A stretch of 59,644 bases of DNA, filler included, from Catajapyx aquilonaris (lineage: Eukaryota): NCBI GenBank assembly GCA_000934665.2. It is 2 parts of 2 records of this genome, joined end to end, with 100 filler letters (N's around TTAATTAATTAA, not from the genome) between each part and the next. Parts side by side here need not be neighbours in the genome. Positions count along the whole stretch, not along the records: positions 29,977 to 59,644 come from KZ539210.1; 1 more part is not named here. One strand, given 5' to 3'. Of the stretch, positions 50,109 to 59,644 are shown piece after piece (positions within the stretch are counted from its first letter, which is position 1; every line of letters starts with the position of its first letter). A program made the translations under genes and the position numbers. Under the pieces are notes generated by a model. It was not told the DNA's origin. It saw only the letters and a list, made by a program, of their open reading frames with translations, and searched no databases.

Positions 50109-52145
50109 ATATTTAGTCCCAGCACCAACATTTTCATCATCATATTCTGCATAGGTATATACTAAGCTGTGCGACGCATTTTCCTTTGCATTCGTGTGAA
50201 CATTGAACTTCCGATTTAACGAAGTTATATAATAAGGAAATGAAACCATCATTCTTGTCATTTTTGCTCATGTTACAATTATAATAATGGCAACTTGTGT
50301 ACGTAATTTTTCAATTATCCCACTATTGATTCTATTTGATTTTTTCACAATAATTGTATGCTGGCATGGAAGAACGTTGCAAATGATTTTTGGCAACTTT
50401 TCAGGAGACGTGTTTTTCTGCCGTGGATCCCATGCAAAGTGAATGCACTCTTTCTGCAATGTCCGGCTTTTTCTCAGCTTAATGAACGGATAGCGTTGGG
50501 TGGACTATAGGCTACCGTTCGAACCAGCTGGTCATACGTTTCTGCAGTGTCAATTAAAAACAGCCAAAATGACACTTACAACGTTCTTCCATAACAGCAT
50601 TCAATTACTTGTGTGGCATAAGTTCGATTTCGTTAGCTTTTTTATTAAAACTTTGTCGAAATTTCATACATAGTTACAAATTTGCATAGTACCAAAGTTT
50701 CCGGTTCAAATGTGAATCATATCAAGAACTGAGAATAATATTTTAAAACTCTAGCTGTACCAGAGCTGTACAGCTTTTATGCAAGAATCGATCATGACAA
50801 GTGAATGCGGCTACGGTTTTCTCTCTCGAAATCGGTTGATGGAGTGAACAATCCACACATCTCTGACTTGAACTGTGATGAAGAGCAATGCAACATCCTA
50901 TGTATTTGTCCAGTTTTTCCAGCAAACATTTCACCAATTATTAATGTTACGTGCTTCCGCACCTAGCACATAAAGATTTGAGTGGGGACTAATAACACAC
51001 GTTATGTATAAGAGCACTCTGTGTTGGATCTCAAATCTAGTACAAGCAATGGCTATGGAGGCCTGGGCTGCACTGGTGATCTGGTGGGCCACAGGGAGAG
51101 AGGTCTTGCCTCAGGTGGGGAGAGGAGGCGGAGGATTGCACCACAGCTCGCAACAGCCCCAGCGCTCCACTGGCCGGCCTCGGGTAGGGGGGGAAATCCC
51201 TCGGATCACCAGTGCTGGAAACAGTCTGATTATCGTACTACAACATGTTCCTCTTTTTTTTTAAATCTGTTTCTTCGTCGTCGTCCGCCCCAGCGTCGCC
51301 GCCGGTCCCGACGAAAGGACCCTCAGTCCAGGAGCCTGCGCGGCACCACCACCAGACGCCCCCGACGCGTGCAACGGGGGCTCTGCTGTCCCTCGGGCCC
51401 CGGGAGCCGCCGGGAGCCTTGCGCGGTACTATGTAAATAGGCAAAAGAAAGTTACTAAATATTTATTGTATGGTTAATATGGACTACCATGGGCACACTA
51501 TTTCATCAGGTCATGACCCAGGGTCATCACACATTATTGGCCTCCATCTTGAATCCTAATGGACGAAATCTTCGGCTCCACTTCCGGAATCATTCCTTAT
51601 GCACCATGCCAAGTGGGACACTTTCATCATCGAATGCCAGGTTTTTTCCAGCTACCGCTTGAACCACTATTTGTTCCATTCTACAACTCATTCCCCTCTC
51701 GGCTCCCCACACTGCCGCCAGGTGCCCAGGTCCCCCACCGTCCTCCTTTTTTTCTCGTCCGCTAGATGGTGTTGCGATCCCCCCTCCGTCCACTTCAAGG
51801 GAGAAATGGGACACGTGGACTTGCAGGGCCACGTGCTCTTCGCCGGTGTTGTGATTCACCTGGCACGTGAAATATTGATCAGGCGGATATTGATCTCACG
51901 GACAGGAATGCAAAGCGCGGGATAGCTTGAATCTGCCCTCCCAGAAGTCAGCAGTGAAGAAATACGAGCAAGTGCGCAAGATACGACATGCTAATTAAAT
52001 ACTACGATGATGGATCAGGGTCATTCTCCTTAAAACCTCCGTGGAAATGATGCATAAGGCGTATACTTTGAACGGAAAGGGAAGCAAAATTCTAATTCCA
52101 TGGTCGTCCATTGTTCATTTAAAATGTACTGGTTAGGCATTTTGA

Positions 52146-52270
52146 GGGCCGGTTTCACCGAGCTTGGTATATGATAAAACCAGGTTTCTTTAGGAAAATC
52201 CATACAAATAGATAGGGATTTTGAGAAATACCCTGGTTTTATCATATACTGAGCTCGGTGAAACCGGCCC
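52146..52270. mobile_element. PIF/Harbinger (Tourist-like) MITE, 125 bp
   Basis: About 39-bp TIRs starting GGGCCGGTTTCACCGAGCT; TGA on both sides; the empty site is visible in the repeat copy near 58430-58445. Confidence 0.8.
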
Positions 52271-52323
52271 TGAATCAACTGTTGTGAGAAATTAGATCTC
52301 AAACAACAAATCGAAAAATCAGA

Positions 52324-52398
<75 letters not shown>
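52324..52398. repeat. (ATT)n microsatellite
   Basis: Uninterrupted ATT run. Confidence 0.95.
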
Positions 52399-52749
52399 TC
52401 ACCAACCCCCAACGAAGTGTGTTCAGGACACTCTCCTTTCTACATATTTGACACAACACAGAACCCTGTAATTTTTTGGGTGCCTTTTAAAGAAATTATA
52501 TAAACTAAATATAATTATCTCCGTTATATCTCCGTATATTCAGCTGGTTCGATCCAGCTATTAGGCTATTCAGCTATTCAGCTGCTTCTCTGTCGGCTCT
52601 GCCTAAGTGCCTATTATACAATATGTTTAATTATTTATATACCTAAGGCGGCTGTTCTGCTATTATACTATAAAACTGCATTTAAGTTGACAATTTTTAA
52701 CAACTTGCATTAACGGAAATAACTTGAGGGAATTTCCCGTTCGGATATA

Positions 52750-52906
52750 CAGGGTGAACCAGGTTCAAGTCCGACCGTGTGGTCCGAACAATAACGGTGA
52801 TAAATAGCGGTGATTGTGCGCCATTCACGTAGCTGCTACGTGAATGGCGCACAATCACCGCTATTTATCACCGTTATTGTCGGACACTTGAACCTGGTTC
52901 ACCCTG
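52750..52906. mobile_element. Tc1/mariner-type palindromic MITE
   Basis: TA|CAGGGTGAACCAGGTTCAAG...CTTGAACCTGGTTCACCCTG|TA with a near-perfect internal palindrome. Confidence 0.8.
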
Positions 52907-53220
52907 TATGAGTCAACAAAAGGACCGTACCGTATAATCAACTGGAGTTTCTGACGTATGATCAGTTTTACTGAATGCATCATTAAATCGGAGCGATACT
53001 CGAAAGTGTATTTTTCATGCGATTTTAAAATCAAACCCATTGAGTTAGTATACCAGCTGAGTGAGCTGACTAGCCTGATCGAAGCAGCTAACCCGCTAAA
53101 TAGCCGAATAGCGGAATAGAACCAGCTGAATACCCGAATAGCACTAGCATAGTGGTGCTCTGAGAGAGAAAAAAAAAGGTGTGTCGTTCCTATTTTACAA
53201 TTTCCACTTCCATAATTATA

Positions 53221-54227
53221 TCTATATTTATATTTTAGTTAGTTTGTGAGTTTCTCAGTCTGTCAGTTTGTGAGTTTGTAAGTTTGTGAGTTTGTGAGTT
53301 TGTCAGTTTGGATGTTTGTCCGAGTGTTTGTCCCTTATAGAAATCCAGGGGAAGGCCCATACACCGCCTTAAATTAGCATATCGGGGGTTACTTTTTCCA
53401 AGGAATCTAACTCCGCATGTTTCAGCTTCCGAAAATGAACCTAACTCCCACAACACGCATATTCCCGAATCTTCTCCCTACTCGCCCCTCAACAATTAAC
53501 ATAATTACATCAACTTCTATAGCAACAACGACAATTTATATTTTCCCAAGTTAGCAATCCCATGGAAATGCCCTTATGCACAATACCTATGAAAGTAATG
53601 CATTTGCATGCATATATTGTATATCTTGCGCCTCTCTTTTTTTTTACAAGTCCCATAGCCGTAAATTATTCAACTCATCCGCCAATTACGCTAATTGGCC
53701 ACCTCACGTGAGTTCATATGGTATGGTCATTCTGGGATTTTGTAGATTTGAAATTAGACTTCTCGACACAAATAAATACAATTTTTTTTAAATTTTTTTT
53801 AAAAAATACGCACAGTGTTGAAAACCAAATTTCCCACCAGGCATCTGTATGTACATTTCTCAAGTTCTTCAGGGCAAACAGTTGGAAAGAGGTGGGTGTG
53901 TGAGGTGGGGTTGAGGGGTCATGGGGTCAAATATTCTGGGGGGAAAAAACATGGCTGTGCATTCTTTTCCTGGGACAACTCCATCCCAATTCCTCTTTTT
54001 ACACATCCAATCAGAATGTCTACATTGACTACGCTATAACCAAAGCAGGCAATCTATCACAGAGTGACAAACTTTGGCTTATTGTAACTTGGCCTTATTT
54101 TAAGGTGTATCGAGTTCCAGTGTATGGAACGCAAATTTTACAAACAAACAAACTTCCTAAAATATATGTACCCGTATACCTTTAACAGCATCCCAACATA
54201 CCCGGGCAACGCCGGGTAACCTGCTAG
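53221..54227 (+). mobile_element. Non-autonomous Helitron
   Basis: 5' A|TC start followed by (GTTT/GAGT)-type microsatellite; 3' hairpin CCCGGGCAACGCCGGG then CTAG|T. Confidence 0.75.
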
Positions 54228-54546
54228 TATAATTATAAATATAATATACGATATATAAAATATAAAATATATTATATCATTATAATTATAAATCTATTAA
54301 AATAAATAATAATATACAATTATATTTTCAAATTTCAGGCATTTTCAGTAATTGCATTTTGTAGAGAGGGTAATATCACATTGAGACCTGAGGTACAGTA
54401 TACTGTACCTGAATTTTTCGCAAAACTGAAGTGTGCAAAATTTTTGCAATCCTATTTTCTTGCTCTTGGCAGACCTTAGAGTTAAAAATTATTACTATGG
54501 CAAGTATAATCTGTAAGTATTTTTGTCTTGGGTCTCAGGAGGTTAA

Positions 54547-56882
54547 CCTGTTGAGGGCCAGGTTTTCTTTTCAATTATTGCAAGCCCCCACAGCCCGAGT
54601 TTTTTTTTTCCAAATTCAGGCGATAAGAATGAGTGACCAGACCTTACTTGTTAGTATTCTAAGCGATTCTAAGGCAGCTTTGTAAGTGCGTTGCCCCAGG
54701 TAGGATTTTCCGCCGTGTCCTCACACCAATGCAATGAATTGCAATGGTGTCGAGTGTGACCAGGGGCGAACTGTGGTTTACGGGCGGCCCGGGGGCGGCC
54801 CCGGGGCCGCTATGTAAGTGTGTTTCTCCAGGTCGGATTTTTCGCCGTGTCCTCACACCACTGCAATGAGTTTCAAGGGTGTCGAGTGTGACCAAGGGCG
54901 AACTGTGGTTTGGGGGCGGCCCAGGGGCCGCTTTGGAAATGCGTTTCGCCAGGTCGGATTTTGCGCGCGTCCTGAGGGTAATGCAATGTAGGCCTAATGA
55001 TGGCGGTTTGTGGACGGGGAAATCAATCTACAGGGTGTGCTGTAAGTTCTTATCCACTGAATCATCTGGCTCTCACAAAGTAACTAACATGATTGTTTAT
55101 TCTAGAAAACAAGGTATACGCTTGTTACAATAAGAAAATGGGCGCCGATATTAAAATTCTGACTTCATATTCACAGTCAGCTCCTCCGAATTGCCCATGT
55201 GCCCAAAACCTTGTTGCCTGTAGTGTAATTATAGAATTTACAAACCACATAATACATTATTGTTGAAAGGGTGGGCACTCAAAAATGTAATGTCTTATCT
55301 TTTCCCTATGAAAATTTTCCGTCAATATTAACTTTTTCAGATATCGCCTGCCGTATGCCGTCTTGAATTTCTCCTTTTAGCACTGTATTTGAAATGAAAA
55401 CGTTCGAAAAAAACCCTTATGACAATTTTCATTACAATCGGGACATTTGAGAAAGGCACTGTCCGCCATTTTGGATCCGCCATTGTGAATTTTCGTCGTT
55501 TGAGATAGGATCTGAAATAAGCGCCCTCTGAAACGCCCGTATGCTAATTTTGACGCTGATGTGACCATTTCTCGCATACGATGTCCACCATTTTGATTTT
55601 TGAATTTTTGACATCGGATCTGAAATCAGCGCCCTCCGAAACGCCCAGATGCTAATTTTGACGCCGACCATTTCTCGCATGTAATGTCCGCCATTTGGAT
55701 CCGCCCTTTTGAATTCTGAATTTTTGACATCGGATCTAAAATCACCGCCATTGAAAACCTCAATATAAATATTTCTGAATTTTTGGCAATGGAATTAATT
55801 ATTTGCCCCACTGTGCGTCGTGCCATGTTCAGAGAGAATAAACGACAACAGCTGCTAGTGGTGGGACAAAAGTAGCGAGACTGCTACTTGTAATAACTGT
55901 TGAAATAACTGCAACTCAGTAGCAGTTAGTTATTATGATATTTGCGACTCAGCAGCAACTAATGCATGCGATTCCGCCATGACGTTATTCTGCTGTGTTG
56001 TCATGATGTTGGTACAGCGTGCCCCTACCCTTGCCACATTTAGTCTCTCCCATTGCTTCATCCTTTTTCAATAATGCCAACACCAATTCCCAGCAGAATT
56101 TCTATGGCTGCTGATGAGTTGCAACTATTTTCAGTAACGGTTACTTAAATAACAGTTATTGCAAAGTAGCTGTTATTTGTAGTTTTGTACTACCGACGAG
56201 GGGAGCGGATCCGCGCTGATATGGGCCCATCTGTAGGGCTGTGCGATATCTGAAATTACATATCTACTTTCGATACTTAAAAAATATCGAATCGAAGTAG
56301 ATATATCGAAAATCGAATAACCGACATCGAAAACCGACATCGAAAAAGGTCGAAAACCGAATCGAACCGACATCGAAAAATATCGAATCGAAGTCGATAT
56401 ATCGAAAATCGAAAAACCGACATCGAAAACCGACATCGAAAAAGATCGAAAACCGACATCGAATCGAAGTCGATATATCGAAAATCGAAAAACCGACATC
56501 GAAAAAGATCGAAAACCGACATCGAACCGACATCGAAAAATCGCGATATTCGATACATCGAACATGCCAAGTGTCGGATATCGCAACTTCGATATTAGGA
56601 AAATATCGTATCGACAGTCGATATATCGAAATATCGTACAGCCCTACCCACCTGATTGGCTGTCTAGCTTCCAAGATCCTCGCGGATTCAAGCCAATCAC
56701 GCAGTCCGTGATAGTTGAACTCCCAACCACGAGATGGCATGGCAAGAGCAGCTTAAAAGTCATTGGCTCCTTTTAAAATTAGAACAAACGAGCGCACAAG
56801 AAGCAAAACGTCATATGACTTCCGTGGGCCCTGAGGCACGTCTTTCCTCGGACGTCATACGACTTCCGTGGCCCTCAACAGG
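54547..56882. mobile_element. Non-autonomous piggyBac-like element with internal tandem repeats and a nested insertion
   Basis: TTAA|CCTGTTGAGGGCCA ... TGGCCCTCAACAGG|TTAA; duplicated subterminal CGTCATA.GACTTCCGTGG; internal repeats of about 120 bp at 54680-54965 and 55460-55745; no transposase ORF. Confidence 0.8.
56234..56646. mobile_element. hAT-like MITE filled with TCGA/CCGACATCG repeats
   Basis: TAGGGCTGT.CGATAT...ATATCGTACAGCCCTA ends; 8-bp flanks CCCATCTG and CCCACCTG (7/8 match). Confidence 0.75.
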
Positions 56883-58006
56883 TTAATCACGCTGTCTCAT
56901 AAAAGTAATAACATGCGGTATGAATTTTTAAAGCAAAAATATTGGTGAAATTTTGATGCCAATTGAGGCGACCACATTGACGGGACCCGTTTTGCGCACA
57001 AAATGTTGTTATATCTGGCTAATATCGAAATTCGCCTCTCTAGATTTTGCGGAAATCTCAATAAAACATCCCAGGCTTCATTTTAAGCCAAATTCAACAT
57101 TTTTCAAAACGGTCGATTTTTGAAAAAAGAAATCCAACAGAATTTTGGCCGCTATCTTTAATTCGAAATTTTGATTTTTCACTAACACAATTTCTACCGT
57201 CTGAAAGGGTGTTAAACTAGGTTCACATTCCAGTAATCACATTTTGGATATCTAAAAATCTTCCGAAGTTATGGCCTTCCAACTGCATAATTTCCAAATA
57301 CACATCTAGTAATGTTCGTCCAGGCAGCGGCGAATCCAAGAGCTTCGGCAAATGCCGCCAGGTGGCTCGGACCGTAACTGCCTTAGGACCCAGGACCAAG
57401 ATCGATAAGACTTTGATAAATAACAGGCGTGCAGGGCGTGGGCGTGTATCTGCTGAAAGATAGGCCTGTATACGCTGAAGATAGGCCTGTATCCGCAAGG
57501 GAGGAAGGTTAGGTTAGGTTAGGTTGGAACAGCGTACCTCATTGGAAAAATGTTGCAAATCATGTGTTAAAGTTCCTCTCCCTTTTACAACAATATAAAG
57601 TGGGTATGCCTGCGATGGTACGCTGCAAACACGACATCGCGCGCGGTATTCTGAAATTTTGGTAAGGACAGATTTTATTATTTCCACCGGGCGTTATGTG
57701 ATCGGAATATTAACATGGCATCACCTGGACATCACGTGGGCATGGCATCACCTTGGGTCACCAATGACATGCCCGTTTGTCGCACCGGAACCCGCGCAAA
57801 GACATAATAATTATGTATTATATTTATTATGGTAATATTCTGCCCATAACAGCGGGCTAAATGGTTGCTGTTAAAATTATAAGTATATAATTTATGCAAA
57901 GCGCCATCGCAAAACCCGCATTTTGTTCTTTTTCGTTTGCAGCCACCTGGCGGCATTTGCCAAAGCTCTTGGATTCGCCGCGGCCTGGACGACTATGTGT
58001 ATTTTA

Positions 58007-58085
58007 GCGAATTTTGCATGTCTGCCATCAGTTGGAAGGCATAATTATTATGCCTTCCAACTGATGGCAGACATGCAAAATTCGC
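58007..58085. repeat. Perfect 39-bp-arm palindrome with a 1-nt centre
   Basis: GCGAATTTTGCATGTCTGCCATCAGTTGGAAGGCATAAT-T-followed by its reverse complement. Confidence 0.9.
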
Positions 58086-58399
58086 GAAAATTCCGTATCT
58101 TTCGGGCCCTGTCGTTATGCAACCACGTGTCGCAAGGACAAACAAAATGAGGCACTTGCATAAATACATGGATACTACAACATACTCGGTTTTGGTCGGG
58201 CGCTACATTGGGGGACCCAACATGGTCGCCGGCGGCCATGTTGGGCCCACATGTAGCGCTTCCCTTTAGTACCTATAAAGTTCAGTGTATTCCGGTAGGT
58301 TCGCCATATAACAGTGCAGTGAAAGGTCTCATGGCGCTCCCAGGTGAGCTCCTCCTGCAGACGATAAGATAAGAACGTAGAGGTAGTGTCCGGGGGGCT

Positions 58400-59322
58400 G
58401 GTTGTTTGAGATTTAATATTTCAAAACAGTTGATTCAAATGCCTAACCACATTTTAAATCAACAATGGACGACCATGGAATATTAGCATTTTCTTCTCTT
58501 TCCATTCAAAGTATGCCTATGCCTTATGCAGTTATGCATCATTTCCAAGAAGGTTTTAAAAATAAATGATCCAGATCCATCATCATAGCATTTTGATTAG
58601 CATGTTGCACCTTGCGCACTTGCTCGTATTACTTCACTTCTGAGGGCAGATTCAAGCTATCCCGCGCATTGCATGCCTGTCGGATCAATATCCGCCAGAT
58701 CAATATTTCGCAAGCCGGGTGAATCACAACACCGGCGAAGAGCACGTGGCCCTCCAAGTCCACGTGTGACTTCTTGCTTAAAATAACTTATATGTAAGTA
58801 GGCCCCAAGCAAACACACAAAGGCCACGAAATACTCTGGAAGATGCAAAACGGGGTCAGTATTAGGCTATATACGACTTCGTAATGTAGTTGAACAAAAT
58901 TAGTGGGGTTCACATTGATGATGCGGGTACACATGTCCATATTCTCAAAAGGAAAATCATATGGCGAAATGACAGCTTGATGTAAATGACCTTGAGCAAC
59001 CCTTTCTGTATACACAAATTAGCCTTCATACGTTCTCCAAATCGCTCAGAATTGGTTTACTTGCACCGAAAAGCTGGACCCAACCGATTGTTTGGAGCAA
59101 TCACTGCTCTTTTTTTATTACTAACATACGACATGGTATGACATAAGTGAGAGGAGGGGAGAGAGGAAGGGCAATTTTCTCCCTTTTACGAAGAGATTCT
59201 AAGTTGGCGAAAAGCCTTCAGCGTCTTTGGCCAGAGATTTGTCACGCCTGGAATCCAAGATACGTTCATTGGGAACGCGGCAAGGGTTTCATTTCCCACG
59301 TGGTTAAGGCTGGAAGTGAATT
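58400..59322 (-). repeat. Dispersed repeat family, inverted copy of 31037-31865 and 51811-52317
   Basis: Reverse complement of CACTTCCAGCC..CCACGTGGGAAATGAAAC through GATAGCTTGAATCTGCCCTCAGAAGTGAAG. Confidence 0.85.
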
Positions 59323-59644
59323 AGATCCGAAATTAATATCATTTTTGACTGACAATATGTTCGACGGAGGACATAAAAAGGTCCCGTTGAGGCCTGGAGA
59401 GGTCTAGTCGCGATGGAGCTTCATACATTGCTTGTCCTGCTCGTGTTGGTGGTGGGGAAGTGGGGAGATGGGAAGGTGACCCTTGACCTTCGAGAGGAGG
59501 AGGACAGTGAGTTGTTTCGGGTGACTGAGTTTGTCCATTTGGTCAGTCGGATGTACCCTTCTTGCCTTTTGGTGCCTGCCACGGACCAAGGAAGAAGGTT
59601 CAACGGGCCTGAACTATCCGGGTTCATCAGGAGGATACACCGGG

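Noticed and set aside
51004..51925. GC-rich ORFs suggesting a gene or retroelement
   Set aside because: No motif or consistent exon chain was recognised, and the region partly overlaps a dispersed repeat.
56173..56740. Long ORFs with FRCRF/FDV repeats
   Set aside because: They are translations of the internal tandem repeats of a MITE.
57507..57525. Telomere (TTAGG)n, also 28299-28313
   Set aside because: Only 3-4 interstitial units, common inside arthropod repeats.

Overview
This is eukaryotic, intron-rich arthropod (probably pancrustacean) DNA. An N-TTAATTAATTAA-N spacer at 29878-29976 looks like an artificial contig linker, so the two halves may be unlinked. The left half is gene-dense. 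It holds two tandem CYP2-clan P450s, CEP78 head-to-head with a COX7C carrying a C-terminal extension, a MATH/BTB gene, an SLC22 transporter, a C2H2 zinc-finger gene head-to-head with a BTB-kelch gene, a UPF0449 gene, PIGBOS1 plus an adjacent in-frame small ORF, and an RR-2 cuticle protein. The main discovery is a family of three secreted 8-cysteine odorant-binding-protein-like (Plus-C-like) genes. They are built from short exons and are almost absent from the ORF track (12275-13150 +, 25195-26305 -, 27175-28080 -), and they share Cys spacing and intron phases. The right half holds an ionotropic-receptor-like fragment, three fibrinogen-related genes (one frameshifted), FPP synthase, a D-amino-acid oxidase family gene, and a nest of non-autonomous transposons (Helitron, piggyBac-like, hAT-like, Tc1/mariner-like, PIF/Harbinger-like). 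All gene models were assembled by eye and no searches were run.
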